Assembly: GCA_965200025.1 (NCBI GenBank)
Contig: OZ241325.1
Location: 844,674 to 908,673, forward strand
Direction of reading: 5' to 3'
Source of the DNA: Bdellovibrionales bacterium
GTDB taxonomy: Bacteria; Bdellovibrionota; Bdellovibrionia; Bdellovibrionales; UBA1609
DNA: 64,000 bases
The notes below the pieces were generated by a model that saw nothing but the letters and a program-made list of their open reading frames with translations, did not search any database and had not been told where the DNA came from. Below, piece by piece: positions 1-9,401 of the stretch. Each line of letters opens with the position of its first letter. Position 1 is the first letter of the stretch. The position numbers and the translations under genes were made by a program.

Positions 1-45
1 AGAGGCTGCCGGCCCATCAATAGTAATTAAATTTTTAATTTTCAT
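1..45 (-). CDS. cmk: cytidylate kinase, first 15 codons only (runs off left edge)
   Basis: Minus-strand ATG at 45-43 overlaps the tpiA stop (ATGA). It reads MKIKNLITIDGPAAS, the start of the Cmk P-loop (IDGPxxxGK). Confidence 0.5.
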   Translation of the reverse strand, partial: MKIKNLITIDGPAAS

Positions 46-824
46 GGTTTTTTAACCTCTGTTAAAAGAGAGGCAAAATTCAACGGATTTAACGAATACC
101 CCCCCACCAACAGGCCATCCAGCTCCTGAACAGAGCAAAGTTCTTTGATATTTTTGTTATTCACACTCCCCCCGTAAAGCACCCCGGGTGCAAAAGACAC
201 CAGTTTTTTTACCTCACTCCGGATAAACCGGCACATCTTTTTTATATCATGAACTTTGGCACTTAAACCACTGCCTATGGCCCATACCGGCTCATAAGCA
301 ACAAGCACTTCAAAACCCCCTCTGAAAAAAGAAAACTTTTTACTCTCTGAAAAACAAAGCGGCTTTAAAGCACAACTGAGCTGGTGGCTGACCACTTTAA
401 AAGACAGGCCTTTATCCCTCTCCCCCTGGTTTTCCCCCACGCACAACACAGGACAAAGACCATGTTTTAATAAAGACTTTACTTTTTGACAAATTAAAGT
501 GTTGTTTTCCTTAAAAAACTTTCTTCTTTCGCTATGCCCCACCAGACAAAAACAAAGCCCCATCTCTTTAAGGGTTTTAGGGGAGTTTTCCCCGGTAAAA
601 GCCCCCTGGCTTTCCGTGTAACAGTTTTGCCCCCCCAGAGTAAAATCAGAATTTTTGACCTCCTCAGAACAGGCGGTGACAGTCAAAGCCGGTACAAAAA
701 AAACAAAATGTTTGTGATCTTCCGGCAAAAGATGGGTTTTTAAGGCTTGAAGGTATTGCTTTGCCTCAGGGGGATTTTTGTGCATTTTCCAGTTGGCACA
801 CAACAAAAAAGGATGAGATATCAT
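42..824 (-). CDS. tpiA: triosephosphate isomerase
   Basis: 260-aa ORF with the TIM motifs ANWKMH, VGHSERR and YEPVWAIGSG. Confidence 0.95.
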   Translation of the reverse strand: MISHPFLLCANWKMHKNPPEAKQYLQALKTHLLPEDHKHFVFFVPALTVTACSEEVKNSDFTLGGQNCYTESQGAFTGENSPKTLKEMGLCFCLVGHSERRKFFKENNTLICQKVKSLLKHGLCPVLCVGENQGERDKGLSFKVVSHQLSCALKPLCFSESKKFSFFRGGFEVLVAYEPVWAIGSGLSAKVHDIKKMCRFIRSEVKKLVSFAPGVLYGGSVNNKNIKELCSVQELDGLLVGGYSLNPLNFASLLTEVKKP

Positions 825-985
825 TGATTTTTACTCTCATAAAGCCCTTTTTTAGCAGTTTTTTGACAAAAAATCACTCAAAAAGTGTAAATTTTACACA
901 GGGCTTGAAATACAGGTTTTTTCTGTTATAACTGGCATCGTTAATGTTTTTAGTCAGAAAATTTATTTGTGTCAAAGGAGTGGCA

Positions 986-1534
986 ATGAAAAATACCATT
1001 TTGTTTGTTTTTGTTTTTTTCTTTTCTCTGGAGGTTTTGGCTTCCGGTGATCCGGCGAGGGTTCAGCCCAACACAGCACCTTTGAGTAATCCTGCTGATG
1101 AAAGGGCAAGAGCCTCTGAAGAACTCATTGATTTTGACCCTGACACAGCTTTTGGTGCCCCTATGGAGGAAACCATGGCAGACACACAAAAACTGATGGA
1201 GGGGCAAACAGAGCAAAAAGCTCAAAAAAAACCAAATCCCGCTCATCAGGCAGGGCTTCCCGTTTATAACACAGGCTCAGAAAGGGCTTCGTGTTCTCAT
1301 CACTCCGGATGTTCCTCCCCCGTGCATTATTCCCCTTATCCCTCTTACCCGGCTTATCCTTACACTTCTTATCCTTATGCTGTTACTCCGGTTTCCAATA
1401 TTTGCTATGCGGGGCTTTCTTATTGTTACATGTCGGTACCAGCGGTGGTGGGAACCCCCTGTACCTGTTCTTTCCTTCAGTTCACCTTTTATGGCAGTTA
1501 CTGGACCACAGTACCTGGCTTTGTGGGCTATTAA
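986..1534 (+). CDS. secreted hypothetical protein with a Tyr/Pro/Cys-rich C-terminus
   Basis: Internal ATG at 986 is preceded by AAAGGAG. The signal peptide is MKNTILFVFVFFFSLEVLASG. No family recognised. Confidence 0.5.
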   Translation: MKNTILFVFVFFFSLEVLASGDPARVQPNTAPLSNPADERARASEELIDFDPDTAFGAPMEETMADTQKLMEGQTEQKAQKKPNPAHQAGLPVYNTGSERASCSHHSGCSSPVHYSPYPSYPAYPYTSYPYAVTPVSNICYAGLSYCYMSVPAVVGTPCTCSFLQFTFYGSYWTTVPGFVGY

Positions 1535-1616
1535 ACTGAAGTAAAACTTTCCCCTACTTCCACCTAAAACCATACTCTCCGGGAGTTTTGATCTTAAAAA
1601 ATTATAAAAACGCTGC

Positions 1617-2555
1617 TTAAGTTTTAGAATCGTTTTTGAGCTTTTTAATTTCCTGCTCCGACAAACCTGTTACTTCAGAAATAAAAGACAAATCTGTCTT
1701 CTTTCTCAACATCTTTAAAATCAGCTCCTGCTGGCATTCCCGGCGGCCTTTTTGAAGCCCCAGTTTTAAGCCTTTGGACCTTTCCTCATCCAATGATATC
1801 TGTAATGGTGGCATAACTCTCTCCTCCTCCTTATCAATAGCCCTTACTTCTATCTCACTCAATATCCTCCAACTAAATCCCGGGCTGTAATGACGCACAT
1901 AATCCACAGCCTTCTTTATCAACCTCATACGATCCTTGACCGACAACCTTCTGCCGATTACAAACAAGGACCTCATAACCCTCTCATTCAAATCCCATAT
2001 ATGACTCATAATATACAGAGCCGGGTAGCTTGTCAAGCTCTTTAACTTTTTTCCATTTTTGCCCAAATCCTGAAGATTCAACAACCGGCACTTAAAATTC
2101 AAGACATTTTTACCAAAACACTTCCTCAAAACCCCACTAAAATCACTCAAATACTCATGGAAGCTTAAAACCCCCCTCCACCTCTTGCTTCCATGGTAGA
2201 CCACCACGGGTATCACCGGTTCTTTTGTCTTGTCGTATATTCCTGTCTGGTAATTCAGTATCTGCCTTAAAAGACCTTCGTCCTGGTAGGATTTATGTTC
2301 CAGCAAAAACAAAATACGGGTGCTTTTTTTTGAACCACGCTTTTTCACAGAAAACAGCAGGTCCATTCTCTTCTCTTTAAACTCTTTGTCCACAAAAGAG
2401 TTAAGCTCCAGTTTTAGAGTCTTGAAGTCAAAGAGTTTAAACTCTAAAGGGGTGAGGATAAGGCGAAAAATATCCAGGCTGTAAGGGAGGTGGGAATAGA
2501 CTTCTTTAAAGAAGATGTCGTGTAGAGAGGTTTTGCGGAGTTTGTTTTGAGGCAT
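1617..2555 (-). CDS. Rpn/YhgA-like recombination-promoting nuclease (PD-(D/E)XK, Transposase_31 family)
   Basis: 312 aa. The core DLLFSV...ILFLLEHKS (D...ExK) and VVYHGSKRW are typical of the Rpn family. The C-terminal helical tail resembles that of the second copy at 37469-38542. Confidence 0.75.
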   Translation of the reverse strand: MPQNKLRKTSLHDIFFKEVYSHLPYSLDIFRLILTPLEFKLFDFKTLKLELNSFVDKEFKEKRMDLLFSVKKRGSKKSTRILFLLEHKSYQDEGLLRQILNYQTGIYDKTKEPVIPVVVYHGSKRWRGVLSFHEYLSDFSGVLRKCFGKNVLNFKCRLLNLQDLGKNGKKLKSLTSYPALYIMSHIWDLNERVMRSLFVIGRRLSVKDRMRLIKKAVDYVRHYSPGFSWRILSEIEVRAIDKEEERVMPPLQISLDEERSKGLKLGLQKGRRECQQELILKMLRKKTDLSFISEVTGLSEQEIKKLKNDSKT

Positions 2556-2896
2556 GGTTTTGTTCTTTTACCGTATGTAAAGAGGGGGTGTGAAGTTGTT
2601 TTTTCATCGTAAGGTATCAGAATGGCACACTCCCAAGCCTTGTGGCAAGAGAAAAAGCAAAGTTTTACCCCCCCCCAACCCCTGAAGATTCAGGAAAGGA
2701 AGATGGCTGTGAAAGGAAGATTTACAGGCTTTATTTTGAGTCATGGTGTGATTTTTTTTTGCTTTAATGATGATTTAAAGGGTGCTTTTTAGGTAGCAAA
2801 ATGTGCGGGTGTTCTTTGCCTGATTATTGAAACCAAACTCATGCCTCTTTAAAAGCAGGGTCAAAGGTCCAGTTTTTGTTTTTCCAACCAAAAAGC

Positions 2897-2923
2897 TTGA
2901 AAAAAAATGGGGGGGGGTAACAT
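2897..2923 (+). promoter_or_regulatory. promoter-like element TTGAAA-N15-TAACAT with a G9 tract (2909-2917) filling the spacer
   Basis: Hexamers read by eye. The downstream ATG (2933) is only 9 nt after the -10-like hexamer. The same architecture recurs at 8310-8337 and 49892-49918. Confidence 0.45.
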
Positions 2924-2932
2924 GGCTTTATT

Positions 2933-4823
2933 ATGCTAAAAACCCTGTTGTCATTGGCCTTTTTGGTTCTCTCACCCCCACAGTTTAAAGCCTTCACTCA
3001 ACCGGGTTTTTTACATTCAGACTCTCATCCACAACCACCTTGCCGATGGACTGGCTCTATCTGTCCCAATCAGAATCAGGAAGATACAGAACATTTTCTA
3101 AAAAACATCACAAATGTTTTAAGAAAAAACACTCGCTCTGGAGAAGATTTAAGAACCAGCCGTTTTCAAAAACTGTTCAAAGTGATTCATCAGGGTACAG
3201 ACCAGCAGATTTTGTCCCTCATAAACACTCTTAAAAAACACCCTTACTTTGTTACCCCTAAAATTCTTCAGGCTTTTTTTGAAAAAGTGAACAAAATAAA
3301 AAGGAACAATCTTTCTTTTTACTCTCATAAAATAATTCCTGCATTAAAATCTTTTCGAGAGTTCGAAAACTTTCTTCACACCTCTTTGCAAAGCTCAATA
3401 AAAAAACCCCGGCATCAGGAAAGAATCACCTCTCTGGCCAAAAAAGAAAACCTGGCCCGCCTGGGAGTGTTTGAAGATATTTATGGAGACAGATCAAAAG
3501 CCAAAAAACTCAAAAACAAAATCCAGACTGATATTAAGAAAACATTTGAAGTGAGTGATATGAGTAAGAGATTAAACCTCACAAGAGAAACAAATAAACT
3601 GAAAAGTGCAGCTTTGCTGGTGGGGGGGCAGCTTTCAAACAGTTTTATTTTGCCTTTTATAAAGCAATCTCTTGAAGAGACACACAAAATGTCTTTGTCA
3701 TCTGCCAATCGCAGCTTTATAAAAATGAGGAACTCTGCCATACAGGCAGCAGGTGACAGTCTTCTGAAGGCCGGCTACCTGGACAACAAATACAACACTC
3801 TTAAAACCGGGGACCTTACCAAGCTTTCAGATATTATTTTTCATGAAGGCAACTATCCTCAAACGCTCAGACCCTCCTCCGTCCAGCTGGCACGTCAGGT
3901 CGCAGAAAAAATAAAAAACACCAAAGCCAAAAAATACCTCAATGAATCCGGCCTGTTTTATGGTGTTATGCAGGCACCTTCCATTCAAGCTGCCCTGAAA
4001 AGTAATCGGAAAGGTGATTCTTCTGTATCCCGTTACAATACTCAGTTTGCCCCGGATCAGGATTTTAAACCGCGTACAACACTTGTTAAAGAGCGTCTTA
4101 AAAACCTCTTTAAAAAAGAGTCCGATGAGTTTAAGAGGCTTCAAGGCTATAAACTCCTCACTGAAGCAGGGGGCATTTGTCAGTACTTTGGCAAAAGAAG
4201 GTTCAGAAGATAAAAATGTGGATGTGCGGGTGGCCTCCATGTCTGTTGCCTCCACCCTGCCTGTTGATCAGAGTGTATCCATTCTGGAAAAAGGACTTTA
4301 TGATGAGAATAGTTTTGTGCAGGAAGAGGCTTTAAAAGGCCTGGCCAAACTGAACCTGCCTGCTGAGCAGAGTGTGTCCATTTTTCAAAAGGGGCTTTAT
4401 AACAATAACAGTCTTGTGCAGGAAGAGGCTGTAAAAGTCCTGGTCAAAAACAAAAAAAAGGAAATACTTTTCAATATATATGACAGTAATTGGGCTCCAC
4501 AGGCTGCTCACCAGGAAATCCTGAGACAGGCAGGAAATGTAAGGGGAGAGCTGGGTCTTCAGATGCTCCAAAAGGCATTTGAGCAGAGAGGTGTAGAAAG
4601 TGATATTATTGCCGTGGAAAGTGCCTCCAAAATAGGGGGACCTGAGAGTTTAAAATTCCTGATAGAAATGTATGACGCAAGTCAAAGATTATACGAAAAT
4701 GAAAGAAAGAGAAAAGTGAAGGCCGCCATTATTGATGCTATAAACCGTGTGGATGGACCACAACAAGTTAAGTCCCGGCTTTTGAAAAAAGCAATCAGGG
4801 ACAAAATCATCAGAGGGAGGTAA
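2933..4823 (+). pseudogene. secreted HEAT-repeat protein, interrupted by a single frameshift (ORFs 2933-4213 and 4014-4823)
   Basis: Signal peptide MLKTLLSLAFLVLS. The second ORF carries HEAT/PBS-lyase-like repeats (DKNVDVRVAS, DENSFVQEEALKGL, NNNSLVQEEAVKVL). The frames can be joined by losing one base at G5 4169-4173 or A4 4193-4196. Confidence 0.6.
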
Positions 4824-4832
4824 AATCAGTAT

Positions 4833-5528
4833 TTAAAACAGGTGGCGGACCTGTAGATTAAGTGCGAAATACCGGGCCTTCAGGTTTGTGTGAAAAGCCA
4901 ATGTGGTGGAAAAATCAGATGTCCAGTGGCAGGTGTGAGAAGTCCCCACCTTAACAGCAGACAACCACCAGGAAGATTTTTTTCTTCCTCCACGAGATCT
5001 TTTGTTTTGTTCTCCATCGGCTGTGGAGGAGGATTTTGCCCCTCTATAATTTGAAAAACGATGCTTTTGCATCAAAGTGGGGGAAAAACCCAAATCCAAA
5101 GCGGCTTCGTAAGCCCCCCAGCGGGAACTGCCAACAAAAAAAACATTCACCAAAGGGGTTATTCCCATCCCGGCACCCAAGGCTCCCACCGCACCTGTCA
5201 CCCCCAAATCAAAGGTGTCTCCAGAAAAAAAATGGTATTTTGAAATAAAAGAAGCCTGATAAGCCTCACGCGACAGAGCATAAGATGCAGACAAACCCAA
5301 ATCCCATTTTCCAAAACCAAAGGCATAAGCCAAAGACAAGGGAACAGCTTTGTAAGAGAGCTTTTTTGTATTCAAACCCACATCCATTGCCACAAAGTGC
5401 CTGCCTGCCGCCACACTAGACCCCGTATAAACAAAATGGCTCGGAAACGCAACATGAGAAGCCGCTGTAAAAGAAAACAAACACAACAAACTAAAACACA
5501 TTTTTTTATATCCCGTAATATTTTTCAT
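4833..5528 (-). CDS. putative small outer-membrane beta-barrel protein, paralog 1
   Basis: Has a signal peptide and a C-terminal ...RHLF ending in Phe. It is a paralog of 7487-8122 and shares a 43-nt identical stretch near the 3' end. Confidence 0.6.
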   Translation of the reverse strand: MKNITGYKKMCFSLLCLFSFTAASHVAFPSHFVYTGSSVAAGRHFVAMDVGLNTKKLSYKAVPLSLAYAFGFGKWDLGLSASYALSREAYQASFISKYHFFSGDTFDLGVTGAVGALGAGMGITPLVNVFFVGSSRWGAYEAALDLGFSPTLMQKHRFSNYRGAKSSSTADGEQNKRSRGGRKKSSWWLSAVKVGTSHTCHWTSDFSTTLAFHTNLKARYFALNLQVRHLF

Positions 5529-5725
5529 CCTCCACCTCCCTGTGTCTAAAATAAAAGCTCTGAGGCCCTGTCTTTAGGACAGAGTAACACCAAATCCCCT
5601 GACAAAGTCATTATGCATTGTGTTACAATGCCACTACCGCAAGGGAACCCACTCCCTTGTTCCTGTAAAATTTAAAATCAAAGGTCCAGTTTTTAATTTT
5701 TTTTCCAAAAAGAAAAACCTTTCAT

Positions 5726-6877
5726 TTAAAATATTTTATGCGACCAAAGATCAGTTAAAAAACTTTTCCAGTGACGGGTTTGAATGCCATCAAACCTGGC
5801 TTCCATTTCGTCCTGACTGATGAGAAAAAGCTTTTTAAACCGACTGCACTCTTTAAGCACCCGTAAGGATTTTATATCCCTGTTGGAGGCTTTTCGGGAG
5901 GCCTTTACCTCTAAAGCGGTGTGATCCCCAATAATAAAATCCACTTCCTGTCCGTAACGGGATTGCCAGTAGCATAAAGTGTCGTCTTTTCTGAAGTAAC
6001 TTAAATAAGCTCTTATTTCAGAAGCTATAAAGTGTTCAAAACTTCTTCCATAAAAATCGGAGTGCCTGTTTAACCACTTCACATCACAAAGAACATGAAC
6101 CAAACCAATATCAAAGAAAAAAAACTTTGCTTTGCTCACAGTTTTACGGCGGGGGGTTTTTTTATAAGCTGGCACCATAAAACCCAAAAGCATATCCTGC
6201 AAGACACTGTAATAATCCCTGACAGTGGCAGGGGAAATATTAAAATCGTTTCCCAGTTTGGCAAAATTTAAAATCAGGGTGTTGCTTAAAGCCGCCCCCT
6301 TTAAAAAAGAATGAAAGTTGGAAATGGATCGTGTTAAGGCTTCCGTTTGTGCTTCCAAAATCAGATAATTGGATACATAAGCCTTTAAATCCTCCCAGGG
6401 TTCTTTGCTGAGGTATACATAAGGCAAAGAGCCATAGAGCAGGCGTTTGTCCAGCTGAAACCGATGGGAAAGCTCTTTCCATGAAAGTGCAAAAAGCTCA
6501 GCATTTCTTGCCCTTCCCGCCAACAGATTAATGGGTTTTCGCTTTAACTTTCTGGAGCTTGAACCTGTCAGTAAAAATCGGATATTTTTTTCCTCAATCA
6601 AAAGATGCACCAAATTCAACAGCTCAGGATTTTTTTGAACTTCATCAATAACAACATATTTTTGATGTTTTTTTCTGTTGGCAACCAGAGCCTTCAAATA
6701 AGAAGGTTCTCTTTGCAGCCTGTGGCTTAATTCATTATCCAGTAAATTGATGAACAAAGTTTGCCCCTTCAGCTGTGTTTTAATCAGATGCGTTTTACCG
6801 GTTTGCCTGGGCCCCAGAAGAAAAAAAGACTTTTTGCTTAAAAGAGCGGGAAGGTTTAAAACTCTTGGAATATTCAT
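5726..6877 (-). CDS. AAA+ ATPase with DUF4143-type C-terminal PD-(D/E)XK-like domain, paralog 1
   Basis: Walker A is GPRQTGKT. The C-terminus is EVDFIIGDHTALEVKAS. The start is moved to ATG 6877 to match the N-termini of the two paralogs. TTGACA-N18-TAAAAT (6939-6910) and AGAGGAG lie inside the longer track ORF. Confidence 0.8.
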   Translation of the reverse strand: MNIPRVLNLPALLSKKSFFLLGPRQTGKTHLIKTQLKGQTLFINLLDNELSHRLQREPSYLKALVANRKKHQKYVVIDEVQKNPELLNLVHLLIEEKNIRFLLTGSSSRKLKRKPINLLAGRARNAELFALSWKELSHRFQLDKRLLYGSLPYVYLSKEPWEDLKAYVSNYLILEAQTEALTRSISNFHSFLKGAALSNTLILNFAKLGNDFNISPATVRDYYSVLQDMLLGFMVPAYKKTPRRKTVSKAKFFFFDIGLVHVLCDVKWLNRHSDFYGRSFEHFIASEIRAYLSYFRKDDTLCYWQSRYGQEVDFIIGDHTALEVKASRKASNRDIKSLRVLKECSRFKKLFLISQDEMEARFDGIQTRHWKSFLTDLWSHKIF

Positions 6878-7128
6878 TTTTTGAAGTACTCCTCTAAAAT
6901 CCACCACTGATTTTACCAAAAAATCAGCGATTATGTCAATGTTTTTTAGAAAAAACCAGTGGTTCTGTCTGCTCTTTTCTCCCAAAAAATCTGTCATTGT
7001 AAAGCAAAAGGTCCAGTTTTTTGTTTTTTTTTGAAAAAACCCTTTCCTGATATTTCAATAAAGCATTATTTTTGTAATTAAAACAAAGCAAGAGAGTGTT
7101 GCTCTCATATTTAAGGAGGACTTTTGAG

Positions 7129-7404
7129 ATGTTTAAAAAAATCAGTTTTGTTACTTTTTTACTCTTTACAGTGGGATTGTTAAATGCCTGCTCTTCCAAA
7201 GATGAAGACAAGCCCCCTAAAACAGAACCTCCTAAAAAAGAGGAGGCAGCTTCTCAGGAACAAGGGGTAACAGCTCCCCCAAAGGGGCCGGTTTCCGCCC
7301 AAAACCATCCTCCGGGAGTTTTGGTCTTAAATAATCTGGATCTGGAAGGGGAACCCAAAAACAAGCAAGCCACTTCATCAGCTCCCCAGCCTTCCACACA
7401 ATAA
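7129..7404 (+). CDS. small lipoprotein, Pro/Lys/Glu-rich
   Basis: AGGAGG lies 8 nt upstream of ATG 7129. Lipobox LLNAC. Confidence 0.55.
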   Translation: MFKKISFVTFLLFTVGLLNACSSKDEDKPPKTEPPKKEEAASQEQGVTAPPKGPVSAQNHPPGVLVLNNLDLEGEPKNKQATSSAPQPSTQ

Positions 7405-7486
7405 TTACCAAAACCTCTTACTGGAATAGATAACTCACCTTTGAGAGAATCTTACCAGGTTATTGGTAGTTTAATATAACCCTAAT

Positions 7487-8122
7487 TTAAAAACGACAAC
7501 GAGCCTGTAAGTTGAAGGCAAAATACCGGGCCTTCAGGTTTGTGTGAAAAGCCAATGTGGTGGAACAATCCGATGTCCAGTGGTAGGTGTGGCAAGTCCC
7601 CACCTGGGTATAAGACCACCCACGGGAAAACTTTCTGCCAGAGAAGAAGGTATGTGTTCTTTTTCCTAAAGTGGGGGCAACACCTATATTAAATGCAACT
7701 TCATAAACACCCCACCGGGAACTTGCAACAAGAAAATTACTCAAGACAGGAACCAATCTCAAACCGGCACCCAAAAACCCCGCTGTAATTGTGGTCCCTA
7801 TATCAAAAATACCACCAGAAAAAAAATGATACCTGGATATAAGAGAAATCTGATAAACATGTGATAAAGCATAAGAGGCAGACACACCTACATCAAACGA
7901 TCCAGAACCAAAAGCATAAGCCATCGAGGCAGAGACGGAATCATAAGAGAGTTTTTTCGTATCACCCCCCACATCCATTATCATAAATTGTTTTCCAGAC
8001 CCTGCACCAGATCCTGTATCCACAAAATAGTTTGGGAACGCAACATAAGAACTGGCTGTGAAAGAAAACAAACACAAAAAACCAAAACACAACTTTTTAT
8101 ACCCCGTAATATTCAATTTCAT
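7487..8122 (-). CDS. putative small outer-membrane beta-barrel protein, paralog 2
   Basis: The N-terminus MKLNITGYKKLCFGFLCLFSFTASS is nearly identical to that of 4833-5528. The C-terminus ends in Phe. Confidence 0.6.
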   Translation of the reverse strand: MKLNITGYKKLCFGFLCLFSFTASSYVAFPNYFVDTGSGAGSGKQFMIMDVGGDTKKLSYDSVSASMAYAFGSGSFDVGVSASYALSHVYQISLISRYHFFSGGIFDIGTTITAGFLGAGLRLVPVLSNFLVASSRWGVYEVAFNIGVAPTLGKRTHTFFSGRKFSRGWSYTQVGTCHTYHWTSDCSTTLAFHTNLKARYFAFNLQARCRF

Positions 8123-8309
8123 CTTCCACCCTCCCTTGTCTAAAATAAAAGCTCCAAGGCTCTGTTTCAGGACAAAGTAACATTAAATCCTCTGGAAAAT
8201 AATTACGCATTGCATATATTATAATGCCATTACCACGGGAATCCACATTCCTTTGTTTCTGTAAAGTTTAAAGCCAAAAGTCCAGTTTTTTGTTTTTCCA
8301 AACAAAAAA

Positions 8310-8337
8310 CTGGAAAAAAAACGGGGGGGGGTAAAAT
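8310..8337 (+). promoter_or_regulatory. promoter-like element CTGGAA-N16-TAAAAT with G9 tract (8323-8331)
   Basis: Homologous to 2866-2923, including the upstream AAAGTCCAGTTTTTTG block. Confidence 0.35.
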
Positions 8338-8420
8338 CAGCTTTAAGTCAAAGTTTTTGGTGTTCTTATGGATCCGCTGATTATCTGAATGATCAAATTC
8401 TCAAATACTGTAAAGTATTC

Positions 8421-8801
8421 ATGGTAAAACTCTTAAGAGGAGATTCTAAAAACTTAAGTTATAACATTCACCGGCACAAAAGATATAAAGTATTAGGACC
8501 AAGCCGCATACTGGATCAATGGACTTGCAGGGCAGGTAACACAGAGGAAACAAAAAAATACCATGCCTATATAAAAGGATTTGAGGTCACAGCAACAAAT
8601 GACAAAAACAAGCAGGAAACCTATAAGGAGACAGCCTATAACAATGCTCTGTCAAAGCACACCCAGAATCATATAATAGCAGTAAGTGCTGTGAATTATA
8701 CCAAGTATTTTTTATTTCACGGCGAACACCCAATGATTATGTATGTTGCTATTACGGGAGTTAAATCGAACCCTCCTGATCTTTTGTCAGGACCTTATTA
8801 A
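8421..8801 (+). CDS. hypothetical protein
   Basis: 126-aa ORF downstream of the G9 element. No obvious RBS, signal peptide or family. Confidence 0.3.
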   Translation: MVKLLRGDSKNLSYNIHRHKRYKVLGPSRILDQWTCRAGNTEETKKYHAYIKGFEVTATNDKNKQETYKETAYNNALSKHTQNHIIAVSAVNYTKYFLFHGEHPMIMYVAITGVKSNPPDLLSGPY

Positions 8802-8864
8802 ACAACCGGATACTGCTTCCCAGTGAGAATCATTTCCACAAAAATTGTGTCGTCTTTATAATTT

Positions 8865-9401
8865 TTAGGAGTTTTCCCTGTCCATAAAAATACGGGTTCC
8901 CTGCACACCTTTTTGTCCCTGGTACTTGCCCTTATAGGGATTTTTGGTGGCCTGGTCCATTTTACAAAAAACAATCTGGCAAATTCTTCTCCCCGCCCGC
9001 AACCGAATGGGAAGAGCATTGGCGTTGTAAAGCTCCAAAGTGAGCTGCCCCTTAAAGCCCGGGTCCACCCACCCCGCATTTTGAATAAAAAGCCCCATAC
9101 GTCCCACAGAACTCCTTCCCTCCACAAAAGCTGTTAAATTGTGAGGCAGACTTAAAGTCTCCACCGTCATGGCCAGCACAAAAGAATGAGAGGGAACAAT
9201 AAACTCATCTGTTTTAATCACCTGATAATTGGGCTGAGAGTTAAAGTCCAAAATATTTGTATTCCAGTGCTTGATAATAACAAACTCCCTGCCCAATTTT
9301 AAATCCACAGAGGCCGGCTGAATGCAAAGCTCATCCAAAGGATCAATGGCAAGGTCTTTGTTTTTCAGGCTTTGCCGGATACTTATGTCAGAAAGAATCA
9401 A
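8865..9401 (-). CDS. dcd: dCTP deaminase
   Basis: 178 aa with [23 protein letters not shown] and [10 protein letters not shown] motifs. The TTG start overlaps the fusA stop (TTGA). Confidence 0.9.
   Translation of the reverse strand: MILSDISIRQSLKNKDLAIDPLDELCIQPASVDLKLGREFVIIKHWNTNILDFNSQPNYQVIKTDEFIVPSHSFVLAMTVETLSLPHNLTAFVEGRSSVGRMGLFIQNAGWVDPGFKGQLTLELYNANALPIRLRAGRRICQIVFCKMDQATKNPYKGKYQGQKGVQGTRIFMDRENS

Noticed and set aside
8755-8790. GGGTTCGATT (T-loop-like) on the minus strand, checked as a possible tRNA
   Set aside because: No 5-bp T stem, acceptor stem or anticodon arm can be folded around it. It lies inside the 8421-8801 ORF.
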